From positions 128,001 to 192,000 of the forward strand of contig CALUHR010000005.1 of assembly GCA_944320495.1 (NCBI GenBank): a DNA stretch of 64,000 bases, given 5' to 3'. The translations under genes and the position numbers were made by a program. Positions 17,427 through 26,568 of this stretch are shown piece by piece; the stretch's first letter is position 1; every line of letters begins with the position of its first letter. The notes below the pieces were generated by a model. It was not told the DNA's origin and did not search any database. It saw only the letters and a program-made list of their open reading frames with translations. Origin of the DNA: Candidatus Methanomethylophilaceae archaeon (GTDB taxonomy: Archaea > Thermoplasmatota > Thermoplasmata > Methanomassiliicoccales > Methanomethylophilaceae).

Positions 17427-17643
17427 CCCTTTCCTCGGCTCCGGCACAACAGCCGTCGCCGCCAGGCAGCTCGGCTACGACTGGATCGGCATCGAGATCG
17501 ACCCCGCGTTCTGCGAGGTCGCCCGCCGGCGCATCGCTGGTTCAGCACCGTCCCTCACGGGACTTGAGCGTTTCGCAACCGTTGGTTCAGCGGACGCTCT
17601 CGAAACCCTACGCACAAACCGCTCAACACCCAGAGGAGAATGA
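17417..17643 (+). pseudogene. C-terminal (SAM-binding) fragment of a beta-class N4/N6 DNA methyltransferase
   Basis: Manual translation: [40 protein letters not shown]; no ATG; absent from the ORF track. Confidence 0.85.
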
Positions 17644-17647
17644 AACA

Positions 17648-18103
17648 ATGGATGGGAAGAACAACAAGAACCACGACATGACCGAACTCGCGGCCGCCCT
17701 CGTGGACGCCGTCAGGACCGCCCGCGACCAGGGATGGGAGATCAAGGCCGTCAGGGTCAGCAAGATCACCGATCCCGACATCCCCGAGGACGAGGACGAG
17801 ACCCCCTGGGGCCAGGTCGAGGCCATGCTGGACGCCTGCGAGGACTCGAAGGAGGACGGAACGGACGACGGACGCTTCGACGGCGACGACGTCTGCATGA
17901 TCGTGAACGTCGCGGCCATCGCCACCGCGGTGGAGATCATGGGGTCCGCCCTCAAGCTCCTCGAGAACCCCTGCTCGGGGGACGATGAGTTCGACGCCAA
18001 GGTGAAGACGGCGGCGGGGGTCATCGGAAGCACCCTTGACATGGTCTACAATACCTGCGAGGAGGCCAGGGAGTCCATCTTCGACGACGGGGGTGAGGAG
18101 TGA
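17648..18103 (+). CDS. Hypothetical acidic protein
   Basis: GAGGAG SD upstream of ATG 17648. Confidence 0.6.
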   Translation: MDGKNNKNHDMTELAAALVDAVRTARDQGWEIKAVRVSKITDPDIPEDEDETPWGQVEAMLDACEDSKEDGTDDGRFDGDDVCMIVNVAAIATAVEIMGSALKLLENPCSGDDEFDAKVKTAAGVIGSTLDMVYNTCEEARESIFDDGGEE

Positions 18104-18360
18104 TGTCCTCCGGGGCAGCCGTCATCAGCACCGCCGTGTTCGGAGGCAACGACCACACCCTGGACGTCATCCAGAGGATGAGGCCCTTAGTCACCGTCAT
18201 GAAGGCGGGCTCCGAGGAGCTCCGCAAGCAGGTCTACGACCTCGATGAGGACGTGGCGCCCCGTCTCGGGACACCGCTGTCCTCCATCATGACCGACCTC
18301 CTCAACTTGGAGCGCGAGATGGACGCCATCGCCGACGGGATCGTCTGGGGGGATGAGTGA
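18100..18360 (+). CDS. Hypothetical protein
   Basis: Overlapping start/stop chain. Confidence 0.55.
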   Translation: MMSSGAAVISTAVFGGNDHTLDVIQRMRPLVTVMKAGSEELRKQVYDLDEDVAPRLGTPLSSIMTDLLNLEREMDAIADGIVWGDE

Positions 18361-19085
18361 TGGCAGCCGTCACCACCATCAGCAAGGCCAACCTCGTGAC
18401 CCTCCTCGGCCAGATCCAGACCGTCGTCCGCGAGGACATGTGCATCGAGTACACCCCCGACGGATGGAGGATCAAGGCCGTGGACACCGCCCACGTGGCC
18501 ATGATCGACATCATGGTCTGGAGCCAGACCGCGATGGAGGCATACCAGCCGGACCCCAACATCCCCGAGGTGTACCTCCCGATCAAGAAGCTGTCCGACG
18601 CCCTCACCATCTTCCCCGACGACAGCCCCGTCACCCTCACCGACGACGGCACCACCACCAGGCTGGACTGCGGGAAGATGCACCGTGTCCTCCGCAACAT
18701 CGCAGTCCCCGGGACGCCCAAGCCGAAGATCCCCGCTCTGGAGCTCACCTGCATCTTCGAGCTGGACACCTCGGAGATCGGCAGGATGATGCAGAAGGGA
18801 CTGTCCGTCTCGGACCACTTCCGCATCACCTGCGGACCCGAGGGCCTGAGCATCGTCATCGTCAACGACGACGGGGAGGAGGTGGCCTACGACGACCCCG
18901 AGAAGAAGTCCGCCGACGGAACCACATACTCCGCCATGTTCCCACTGGACTACTTCGTGTCCGCCCTGAACGGACTGAAGGGTTCCATCCTCGTGAACAT
19001 GGAGACGGACTTCCCCATCGCGCTGAACAGCCAGGCCCCGTTCACGACCAAGTACCTCCTGGCCCCCAGGATCGAGGAGGAGTGA
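18357..19085 (+). CDS. pcn: DNA polymerase sliding clamp (PCNA) homolog, element-encoded
   Basis: GWRIKAVDTAHVAMI, PKIPALE, MFPLDYF, TDFPI, C-terminal YLLAPRIEEE; 242 aa. Confidence 0.93.
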   Translation: MMAAVTTISKANLVTLLGQIQTVVREDMCIEYTPDGWRIKAVDTAHVAMIDIMVWSQTAMEAYQPDPNIPEVYLPIKKLSDALTIFPDDSPVTLTDDGTTTRLDCGKMHRVLRNIAVPGTPKPKIPALELTCIFELDTSEIGRMMQKGLSVSDHFRITCGPEGLSIVIVNDDGEEVAYDDPEKKSADGTTYSAMFPLDYFVSALNGLKGSILVNMETDFPIALNSQAPFTTKYLLAPRIEEE

Positions 19086-19098
19086 GGGGGCGGTTCCG

Positions 19099-19614
19099 TT
19101 GATCGTCACTCTGGACGAGATCTTCGAGCGCGTCAGGCAGGGGCAGACGCCCCGCCAGGTCGCCTCGGATCTCGGCATAACCATGAGCGCCATCCGCAAC
19201 AGGATGCGCGAAGCCGGCCGCTGGGACGAGTTCCTGGCGGTGGCCGCCATGACCACCGCGGACCTCGTGGCCGCGGTGGACGTGGGGGCCCTCATGGCCA
19301 AGGCGTCCGAGGGTGTCAGCCTCAACCGCGCATGCGTGGAGCTGGGCTACACCCGCGCGGTGGCCGAGGAGGCCCTCGAGTCCGTGGGCAGGACGGCGGA
19401 GTACCACGTGCGCCGCCAGGCGGCCAGGATGGGGATCCCCGTCCCCTCCCTGGACGCCATGTCCTACCACAGGGGTCCGAGGACCGCGATCACCACCGTC
19501 ATCCCACTGCTGGACGACGAGCGGAGGGCCTCTGTCCTGGAGGCCCTGACCGCCATCGACGGCATGATCCGCGACGGTGCGACGCTGTCCCGTATCTGCG
19601 GGGGATCCCCATGA
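19099..19614 (+). CDS. HTH-domain protein
   Basis: GQTPRQVASDLGITMSAIRNRM. Confidence 0.65.
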   Translation: MIVTLDEIFERVRQGQTPRQVASDLGITMSAIRNRMREAGRWDEFLAVAAMTTADLVAAVDVGALMAKASEGVSLNRACVELGYTRAVAEEALESVGRTAEYHVRRQAARMGIPVPSLDAMSYHRGPRTAITTVIPLLDDERRASVLEALTAIDGMIRDGATLSRICGGSP

Positions 19615-20000
19615 AGCAGACAATCGTCATGAGGATCCTCCCGGACTACGAGATCCGTCTCTCCAAGGACGTCGGCGGTGCGGAGCTCTACAATGTCTAC
19701 GACAAGACGCTGAACCGCATAGTCGGCCACTCCAAGCGCTACGAGACGGCCCTCACCTTCGCCCTCACCCGCCAGGAGCCCATAATCGTCGGGACCCCTC
19801 CCGAGGGGTTCCACCGCGAACAGCTCTGCACCTACGGCCCCTACACCATCATCAGGACCGTCCGCAAGGACGGCGAGGACAGCGGGCTGAGATGGGTGTA
19901 CGAGGCCGTGGACCGCGACGGGACCGTCATGGCCACGTCGTCGAGCTTCATCGACATCAGCCAGAGGGCCGTCCGCATGGCCGCGGAGGTGAGGAGATGA
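19611..20000 (+). CDS. Hypothetical protein
   Basis: ATGA overlap chain. Confidence 0.55.
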   Translation: MKQTIVMRILPDYEIRLSKDVGGAELYNVYDKTLNRIVGHSKRYETALTFALTRQEPIIVGTPPEGFHREQLCTYGPYTIIRTVRKDGEDSGLRWVYEAVDRDGTVMATSSSFIDISQRAVRMAAEVRR

Positions 20001-20392
20001 CCGTCGCCGAGACGTCCGTGCAGGCGTACTACGGCGCGGAGCGTCTCTCCCGCCAGAGGTGCATCCAGGTCCGCGAGTTCATCGAGGCCAACCCCGACGT
20101 CTGCAACGAGGACATCTCCCGCGGGCTCCGCATGCCCATCCAGACCGTCACGCCCCGCGTGAAGGAATTGAAGGAGAACGGGGTCGTCTGGGTCACCGGA
20201 CGCAAGAAGACGTCCACGGGGGCGGGTGCCAAGACCTACAGGGTCGCCTGCTGTCCCAAGTGCCTCTCTGCCCGTCTGGAGGCCACAAGGATCGACAGCC
20301 AGAGGTTCCGCTATTACTGCTGGAGCTGCGGACACACGTTCATCGCCCGCCTCGGGGAGCGCTCCGAGGACGTCGTGGAGGTGCTGGCATGA
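19997..20392 (+). CDS. Winged-helix plus zinc-ribbon protein
   Basis: ISRGLRMPIQTVTPRVKELKENG; CPKC...CWSCG. Confidence 0.7.
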   Translation: MTVAETSVQAYYGAERLSRQRCIQVREFIEANPDVCNEDISRGLRMPIQTVTPRVKELKENGVVWVTGRKKTSTGAGAKTYRVACCPKCLSARLEATRIDSQRFRYYCWSCGHTFIARLGERSEDVVEVLA

Positions 20393-20745
20393 CCCGCGTC
20401 CTCGATCAGAGGGAGAGGCTCAGGCCGATCCCCAAGTGCAGGATCTGCGGGGGGAACTTCTGCGTCTGCGGACGCCGCATCTCCAAGGACGGCACCGTCC
20501 TCATGGAACTCGACTGCATCTGCGGGAACCGTCTCACGGTCCTCCGCAGCCTGAGAGGCGTATCCCATGCCCGAGGACGACTGGAGGAGCATCTCCGGCA
20601 GGACCTACCTCATGGGTACCCGCGCCAAGGCCGTGATGGACAACCTGTCCGTCATGCTCCCCGGCATCAGCAAGAGCCAGATCCTCAACGTGGCCCTGTT
20701 CTACACGGCGAACTCGATCCGCGAGCGCCGCGGGGACAACCATGA
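20389..20745 (+). CDS. Hypothetical Cys-rich protein
   Basis: CRICGG...CVCG...CICG; 3' end overlaps the next ORF and is uncertain. Confidence 0.45.
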   Translation: MTRVLDQRERLRPIPKCRICGGNFCVCGRRISKDGTVLMELDCICGNRLTVLRSLRGVSHARGRLEEHLRQDLPHGYPRQGRDGQPVRHAPRHQQEPDPQRGPVLHGELDPRAPRGQP

Positions 20746-21019
20746 CGTCCCCGTGCGCAAGGCGTTCGACGAGATCGTCGACGAGCTCACCGAGGTCGGC
20801 TACAAGGACCTTCTCACCAGCGTCCTGCCCTTCAGCTCGAAGAACCAGACGCGCCTGGACAACTTCCTCGGCTCCAAGATAGACGTGGACCTCGATGCCG
20901 AAGGCTTCGACCCCCTGGAATCCGCCGAGTACGAAACCGATTTCGAAACGACTTCCCGGGATGGGATGGAAATGGATGGGAACGACGAGAACGTCGGTGA
21001 AGAGGGGGGATCGGAATGA
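20567..21019 (+). CDS. Hypothetical protein
   Basis: Stop overlaps next ATG via a GGATCGGAATGA junction. Confidence 0.55.
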   Translation: MPEDDWRSISGRTYLMGTRAKAVMDNLSVMLPGISKSQILNVALFYTANSIRERRGDNHDVPVRKAFDEIVDELTEVGYKDLLTSVLPFSSKNQTRLDNFLGSKIDVDLDAEGFDPLESAEYETDFETTSRDGMEMDGNDENVGEEGGSE

Positions 21020-21396
21020 CGATGTCGTTCCGCAGGACCCCCGAGCCCAGGACGCCGAAGGTGACCCGGGCCATGATGGGTGTGGACGACGATGCCGCGG
21101 AGCCGAAGGCCCCCTTCGAGCGCAAGCGGAACATCTCCAAGGAGATCGCGAACCCCCCGAAGAAGCAGTTCGACTACCTGATCATCAAGCAGGACGGGGA
21201 CATGATGTTCGTCGTGGACGGCACCATGCCCGCGGAGAAGGCCGCCAAGGTCTATCTCCGCCACATGCCGAACGCCCAGGTGTTCGACGCCTACGAGCCC
21301 GGATTCGCCCGGTTCAACGTCGTCACCCAGGCGTACGAGGTGTGCCCCGAGGGCAAGGGGACGTTCCGCGTCCACATCTTCCACATGGGGGTGTGA
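21016..21396 (+). CDS. Hypothetical protein
   Basis: SD plus overlap chain. Confidence 0.55.
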   Translation: MTMSFRRTPEPRTPKVTRAMMGVDDDAAEPKAPFERKRNISKEIANPPKKQFDYLIIKQDGDMMFVVDGTMPAEKAAKVYLRHMPNAQVFDAYEPGFARFNVVTQAYEVCPEGKGTFRVHIFHMGV

Positions 21397-21773
21397 GCAC
21401 GGAGACCGTCAGAGAGACGTTCTACAGGTGCGAGGTCTGCGGACAGAGGTTCAGGGTCCTCTCCGAGGCGTCCGCCCACGAGGTCGTCTGCCGCGAGAAC
21501 GAGTTCCGCGCGAGATCCCTCATCGGGAAGTGGGTGTTCTACGGCACCAGGGCCGGATTCGTCTTCGACGCGGCCGACAACGGTTCGTGCGTCAGGCTCT
21601 ACGTCCCCCTCGAGGCCCTCATCCACATCACCCCCGCCGATCAGTGCAGGGTCACCGACGAGGAGACGGCCATCGGGGACATCAGGAAGGCCCTGGAGGA
21701 CAACATCGCCCTCACCTCCCTCTACAAGAGGATGGCCCCCGCCAACGCCGAGATCGAGGGGGCGGTAGAGTGA
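21393..21773 (+). CDS. C2H2/C2HC-like zinc-finger protein
   Basis: YRCEVCGQRFRVLSEASAHEVVC. Confidence 0.65.
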   Translation: MSTETVRETFYRCEVCGQRFRVLSEASAHEVVCRENEFRARSLIGKWVFYGTRAGFVFDAADNGSCVRLYVPLEALIHITPADQCRVTDEETAIGDIRKALEDNIALTSLYKRMAPANAEIEGAVE

Positions 21774-22009
21774 GCGGCCGCGAGTACCACTCGTGCAGGA
21801 TTTTCTCCAACGAGTGGACATCCGAGGGGCGTGCCATAAGCAACATCGTCCACGGGTCCGTCGGGGCCGCCCTCGAGGAGGGTCTGGACGACGCGGAGAG
21901 CGAGGTCGCCTTCCGCGAGTCCTACACCGTCGTCGAGTACGTCGGCGGACGCTACGTCCGCGTCCCGGACGAGACCGTGGACGAGCTGAAGAGGGTGATG
22001 CTGGCATGA
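21770..22009 (+). CDS. Hypothetical protein
   Basis: GTGA overlap. Confidence 0.5.
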   Translation: MSGREYHSCRIFSNEWTSEGRAISNIVHGSVGAALEEGLDDAESEVAFRESYTVVEYVGGRYVRVPDETVDELKRVMLA

Positions 22010-22608
22010 GGGCCGAGACCCACTTCGTCTGCGAGCTCTGCGGCGAGAGGTTCGACTCCAGCACCGACTGCCTGGAGCACGAGTCCACCATGCACCGCGC
22101 CCCCGCCCCCGGATTCTACACCTCGGGGGACAGGCTCATCCACGTGACGCCCACGGACCACAGCTTCGTGGACTCCGACCTGCACGTGAGACACGACACG
22201 AACGACAGCTTCCGCTTCACCGAGGTCGTCGAGATCTCCGAGTGGGAGGCGTACAAGATGATGAGCGGATGGAGCTCGGACAGGTTCCGCAACCTCCTGG
22301 CCACGATGGGCATCCGCGAGCAGGGCGTAGGGGGGAGGAGGCGATGGCCTTCGAGTACCGCGAGTGCAGGGACTGCGCCCACCACGTCCTGGCCGAGTCC
22401 ATCGAGATGGGCCCGGAGGGGATCATGGGCAAGACCGTCGTCCCGATCTGCACCCTCAAGGGCATCACCATCGGGGAGGTCGGCCGCGGGGCCGGCTACT
22501 GCTCCTACTTCGAGGAGGGGGAACACCCTCCGAGGGAGACCTGCCATGGATGCTCCCACAGCTTCAAGGTCGAGACGTTCGAGATGGACCCCTCCGGTAT
22601 CCTCCTGA
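22006..22608 (+). CDS. C2H2-like zinc-finger protein (3' end uncertain)
   Basis: FVCELCGERFDSSTDCLEHESTMH; reads through into the next gene. Confidence 0.55.
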   Translation: MRAETHFVCELCGERFDSSTDCLEHESTMHRAPAPGFYTSGDRLIHVTPTDHSFVDSDLHVRHDTNDSFRFTEVVEISEWEAYKMMSGWSSDRFRNLLATMGIREQGVGGRRRWPSSTASAGTAPTTSWPSPSRWARRGSWARPSSRSAPSRASPSGRSAAGPATAPTSRRGNTLRGRPAMDAPTASRSRRSRWTPPVSS

Positions 22609-23183
22609 AGGTCGAGAGGGAGTTCTGCGATCTCAAGCGCCTCCCCCTCTCGGACATCAACCGCCCCGCTGGGGACTGCCGCCACTTTGACGACGAGTCC
22701 GAGGAGGAGAAGGACGAGCGCGGGAGCTACTACGTCGTCCTCACCGGGACGCAGACTATGAAGATCTACGACGCCCGGAACATCCGCGACGCCATCAGCC
22801 AGGCACTGGACCAGACCTGGCTCGAGGACCCCGAGGTGGAATCCGTGGAGGCGTTCCGATGCCGGCCGTTTCTCACAACCTTTCAGACGCCCCCGTCAGC
22901 CGGGGGCATCCAAACCACACGATCCGGACAGGAGATGATGACAGGATGGGATACATGTTCGTCAGACGCAGGGACGGCTCCGCCGCCCTCTACAAGGAGG
23001 CCATCGGACGGGGCTGGATCCTCTGCGACCCCGATACGGGGAAGGAATCGGACGTCGCCGTGGGATACGACGTCGCCACGAAGGACTGGAACCTCATGGA
23101 GGTCCTGGACGACTGGCAGGACGCGGTGGACACCTACCGCGTCAACGCCGTCGCCCTGCCCCGCTCGCCCTACACCGGCATGA
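22344..23183 (+). CDS. Cys-rich protein with internal duplication (3' end uncertain)
   Basis: CxxCxH...EM(G/D)PxGI...C...AGxCx(Y/H)F unit occurs twice. Confidence 0.5.
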   Translation: MAFEYRECRDCAHHVLAESIEMGPEGIMGKTVVPICTLKGITIGEVGRGAGYCSYFEEGEHPPRETCHGCSHSFKVETFEMDPSGILLKVEREFCDLKRLPLSDINRPAGDCRHFDDESEEEKDERGSYYVVLTGTQTMKIYDARNIRDAISQALDQTWLEDPEVESVEAFRCRPFLTTFQTPPSAGGIQTTRSGQEMMTGWDTCSSDAGTAPPPSTRRPSDGAGSSATPIRGRNRTSPWDTTSPRRTGTSWRSWTTGRTRWTPTASTPSPCPARPTPA

Positions 23184-23395
23184 GGGGGATCTACGTCGGC
23201 AACGTCGTGGACGGGGGGCTAGGGGAGTCCTATGCAGTCTGCACCACCGGCGACGGCCGCGTGGTCGTCGGCCACGGCGACGGCGAGAGCGCCATCTGCC
23301 CGAACGAGGCGATGGACCTCTCGCTGATGATCGCCAGGGCCGCCACCTACGCCGAGAGGGAGTGGGTCCGCATGACCGAGGGGGGATTGCTTTGA
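22946..23395 (+). CDS. Hypothetical protein
   Basis: SD upstream; stop overlaps the next TTG. Confidence 0.55.
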   Translation: MGYMFVRRRDGSAALYKEAIGRGWILCDPDTGKESDVAVGYDVATKDWNLMEVLDDWQDAVDTYRVNAVALPRSPYTGMRGIYVGNVVDGGLGESYAVCTTGDGRVVVGHGDGESAICPNEAMDLSLMIARAATYAEREWVRMTEGGLL

Positions 23396-23667
23396 ACCCC
23401 GAGACAGTAGGCATCATGACCGTCGAGTTCTCCCCCTCCGCGCCCGTGGAGTACCTCCTGGACCTCATGGACGCCTTCGAGGGGCTCGTCGGCTTGGACA
23501 TGAACATGAGGATGGTCCGCTACCGCGTGGAGGTGGGGAACGTCACCGCCTCCGTGTACGAGGGCATCTCCGACGCCATCGCCGAGCGCATCGGCCCCGA
23601 CGGCTTCACGGGCGTCCAGTGGGTCCCGAACGACGGTACCACGGCAGTCAGGGAGGTGAACGCATGA
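23392..23667 (+). CDS. Hypothetical protein
   Basis: Overlap chain. Confidence 0.5.
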   Translation: MNPETVGIMTVEFSPSAPVEYLLDLMDAFEGLVGLDMNMRMVRYRVEVGNVTASVYEGISDAIAERIGPDGFTGVQWVPNDGTTAVREVNA

Positions 23668-24299
23668 TCGCCCCCGAGGGACTCATGCCCAGGAGGGCCA
23701 CCCTCTCCTCCGCGGGATATGACTTCTACGCGCCCGAGGACATCCGCCTCGAACCCGGGAAGTGGACCGAGGTTGACACCCAGGTCCGCTTCGACGGCTC
23801 CGAGACCGTCGAGGGATGCCCCAGATGGTTCATGCTGATGGCCCCCCGCTCCGGACTCGGATTCAGGCACGGCGTCCGTCTGGCCAACACCGTCGGCGTC
23901 ATCGACCAGGACTACAGGCAGAACATCAGAGCCAAGCTCACCAGCGACACCCCGTGCGAGATCCCCGCCGGGAAGGCGTTCATGCAGGGGATAGTCATCC
24001 CCTACGCGACCTTCTCCGAGGAGATCGAGCCCGTCGCGGAGCGCGTGGGCGGGTTCGGATCCACCGAATCCCGCTCCGAGGCCACGGCCATCCCCATCGG
24101 ATGCCCCTGGTGCGCCGACGCCCAGCTCACCGCCTCCGGCAACCCGAAGGACGGTCCCGTGACCCTCAGATGCCCGCACTGCGGACGCTCCGCCACCGCG
24201 GACACCGTCTTCGGCGCGATGCTCACCCTCGCGGACATCTACAAGGACGGCACCGACTCCGGACCCCTCGAGGTCTTCGTGAAGGAGGCGGCCCGATGA
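23664..24299 (+). CDS. dut: Trimeric dUTPase with C-terminal zinc-finger extension
   Basis: SAGYDF, APRSG, NTVGVIDQDY, QGIV, RVGGFGST motifs, then CPWC...CPHCG. Confidence 0.9.
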   Translation: MIAPEGLMPRRATLSSAGYDFYAPEDIRLEPGKWTEVDTQVRFDGSETVEGCPRWFMLMAPRSGLGFRHGVRLANTVGVIDQDYRQNIRAKLTSDTPCEIPAGKAFMQGIVIPYATFSEEIEPVAERVGGFGSTESRSEATAIPIGCPWCADAQLTASGNPKDGPVTLRCPHCGRSATADTVFGAMLTLADIYKDGTDSGPLEVFVKEAAR

Positions 24300-24601
24300 T
24301 CCACTACGAGAGATGCACCGTCTCCTCCGGCAGAAGGCTCGACATCAACAGGGAGATGTGCCAATCGGTCCTGATCCCCGTCGGACCCCAGATCCTCCGC
24401 TTCTACGTCCCCGAGAGCGACAAGGACGCGGTGAAGCAGCTCCTGAAGGTCCTCGGCGTCGAGAAGATCAGGGAGGCTCGCGGGCAGGTTGTGTCCGTCA
24501 CCGTCACGGGGAACACCGCCGTGCTGAAGAACCCCGTGACCGAGGAGTCCGTCAGCGTCTTCGAGCACACCTACACCTACAGGCCGGGGGTGTACGTATG
24601 A
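24296..24601 (+). CDS. Hypothetical protein
   Basis: Overlap chain. Confidence 0.55.
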   Translation: MIHYERCTVSSGRRLDINREMCQSVLIPVGPQILRFYVPESDKDAVKQLLKVLGVEKIREARGQVVSVTVTGNTAVLKNPVTEESVSVFEHTYTYRPGVYV

Positions 24602-24852
24602 CCTCCAGAACCATGTCGTTTGTGTGCGACATCACCTCCGGCCCCAAGCGGGACCCGTGCGCCAGATGCGGCATCGCCCACCCGAGGATCGTCTTCCAGG
24701 AGAAGGACGGCGAGAACAGGTTCTGGTTCGGATGCAGGGGATGCGGCTCGTCCACCGACGAGTACCCCCTCCTCTCCGAGGCCCTGGCCGCCTGGAACGA
24801 GGGAAGGCTCATCGAGCCCCCCGAGGAACCCGCATGGGAGGGATACCGATGA
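24598..24852 (+). CDS. Lar-like (restriction alleviation) zinc-finger protein
   Basis: PCARCG...FGCRGCGSST...ALAAWN. Confidence 0.65.
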   Translation: MTSRTMSFVCDITSGPKRDPCARCGIAHPRIVFQEKDGENRFWFGCRGCGSSTDEYPLLSEALAAWNEGRLIEPPEEPAWEGYR

Positions 24853-25034
24853 TCACTGGCAAGCACGGCATCACCGACGCCCGCAGCGTCAGATGCGTCC
24901 TCTGCGGAGCGATCCTCGACCTCCCGGGGGAGATCCCCCTGTCCCAGCTGGGCTCCGCCGTCCACTCGATGGGCTGGAGGATGTCCGGGGACCGCTTCGT
25001 CTGCCCCAAGCACAAGGACGGTGGTTCCAGATGA
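24849..25034 (+). CDS. Small zinc-finger protein
   Basis: CVLCG...GWRM...VCPKH. Confidence 0.55.
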   Translation: MITGKHGITDARSVRCVLCGAILDLPGEIPLSQLGSAVHSMGWRMSGDRFVCPKHKDGGSR

Positions 25035-25213
25035 GCGGATTCACCCGCATGGACCTCATCCTCGGGATGGAGTCCTCGCGCTGCTGTCTGAGGGACTGGT
25101 TCGCGCCCATGGCCGAGAACATCGGCATGGACGACGTCGCCGGGCGCCTCAGGGAGATCTCCGAGGAAGTCGCCGAGCTCGTCGCCCGCGTATCCGAGGG
25201 GGTGGAGGCATGA
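25031..25213 (+). CDS. Hypothetical protein
   Basis: Overlap chain. Confidence 0.45.
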   Translation: MSGFTRMDLILGMESSRCCLRDWFAPMAENIGMDDVAGRLREISEEVAELVARVSEGVEA

Positions 25214-25437
25214 GCGAGGTCATGGCATCGTCCGACCTGCGCCCCTGCCCCTTCTGCGGATGCGCCCGCATCCTGTCGAAGGCCACGTCCCCGATCCCGT
25301 TCGTCACCCATTGGAAGGTCACCTGCCTCTCGTGCGGTGCTTCCACCGACGGCGACGTGGACTTCGGCAAGGCCGGGACCCCCGAGGAGATGAAGGCGCG
25401 CGCCGAGGAGCGCTGGAACAGGAGGGCGAGGGCATGA
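25210..25437 (+). CDS. Lar family restriction alleviation protein
   Basis: DLRPCPFCG...VTCLSCGAST...AEERWNRRA. Confidence 0.85.
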   Translation: MSEVMASSDLRPCPFCGCARILSKATSPIPFVTHWKVTCLSCGASTDGDVDFGKAGTPEEMKARAEERWNRRARA

Positions 25438-25949
25438 CCGTCTTCCACTTCCGCTACGGCGGACGCGAGGAACCCCTCCTGACCGCCACCAACTACCATA
25501 CCGCCCGCATCAAGGCGTTCAACTTGCTCATACTCTCCCCCGAGGACGTGAGGTACGGCCTCCTGCTCCGTTCCAACGGCAAGAGGATGACCGAGGTGGG
25601 CGTGATGTTCCGCGAGTACCGCTACCTCGCCCTCAACGGCGACTCGTTCTCCGACTTTCTGGAGCATCCAGAGCGCTTCGAAGACAGGATCGTGGACGAG
25701 TACCCCCGCTTCCTGAGGAGGGTCATCACCTCCGTGGACGGCGGGATGGAGCTCGCCTTTGACGCCGGCGTCTTCCAGAGGGAGACCTCCGACGAGCTCT
25801 ACCGCAGGAGGTTCGGCGTGGAACCACCCGAACCCCGCGACACCTGGTGCAGGAAGTCCCGCGGATACTACCGCGAGAGCAGGACCCGCACCAACGGATC
25901 CTGCCCCGTCAGATGCTACGCCTTCCCCGCGAAGGAGGTGGCGGAATGA
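25434..25949 (+). CDS. Hypothetical protein
   Basis: Ends FPAKEVAE; similar to the ORF at 28904. Confidence 0.55.
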   Translation: MTVFHFRYGGREEPLLTATNYHTARIKAFNLLILSPEDVRYGLLLRSNGKRMTEVGVMFREYRYLALNGDSFSDFLEHPERFEDRIVDEYPRFLRRVITSVDGGMELAFDAGVFQRETSDELYRRRFGVEPPEPRDTWCRKSRGYYRESRTRTNGSCPVRCYAFPAKEVAE

Positions 25950-26185
25950 CCCGGGCGCTGGACATCCGCATGTCCGACGGGAAGGTGTGGAGCCTACCGT
26001 TCGACTATGAGTGCGAGGCACGCATGACGATGAACCGCATCCGCTGTTCCGTATCCAGCTACAGCTTCACGGTAGACCGTAACGGTTGCATCCCGGGGCT
26101 GTATCTGGAGGACTATGGCTTGCCGGACGTGATCCCGTTCGTGTCGCACACAACGTCCCTGGAGCTCAGGGAGGTGGTGTCGTGA
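25946..26185 (+). CDS. Hypothetical protein
   Basis: Overlap chain. Confidence 0.5.
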   Translation: MTRALDIRMSDGKVWSLPFDYECEARMTMNRIRCSVSSYSFTVDRNGCIPGLYLEDYGLPDVIPFVSHTTSLELREVVS

Positions 26186-26568
26186 CCGAGCCCGTGACGA
26201 CCTACTCCTGCCCGAACTGCGGGAAGACCTACGAGACCGAGGATGAATGCAAGGCGCACATCGCCTTCTGCGACAGGACCCGCGCCGAGAGGGAGTCCCT
26301 CATCGGACGCTGGGCGGAGGGCAACCACGGCGGGATCACCGCCATCGGACGCATAGACTCTGTCACCGGCAACGGCGTCTGGATACGGGGACTCGTCGTC
26401 AGCGAGTGCTTCGGACGCTTCAGCCTCGACAAGATGCCCCAGGTGTTCGCCTATGAAGACGTCCGGGTCTTCGATTCCGTCGCAGATGCCAGGGAGAGAT
26501 GGCATCTGGCGGTCAAGGACGTCGCCGACCATCTGCTGGAGACCTCCATCCCGGGGGTGGATGAATGA
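26182..26568 (+). CDS. C2H2/C2HC-like zinc-finger protein
   Basis: YSCPNCGKTYETEDECKAHIAFC...RESLIGRW. Confidence 0.65.
   Translation: MTEPVTTYSCPNCGKTYETEDECKAHIAFCDRTRAERESLIGRWAEGNHGGITAIGRIDSVTGNGVWIRGLVVSECFGRFSLDKMPQVFAYEDVRVFDSVADARERWHLAVKDVADHLLETSIPGVDE

Noticed and set aside
17064-17643. A phase-variable full-length N4/N6 methyltransferase
   Set aside because: The in-frame fusion would still lack the catalytic (D/S/N)PP(Y/F) motif.
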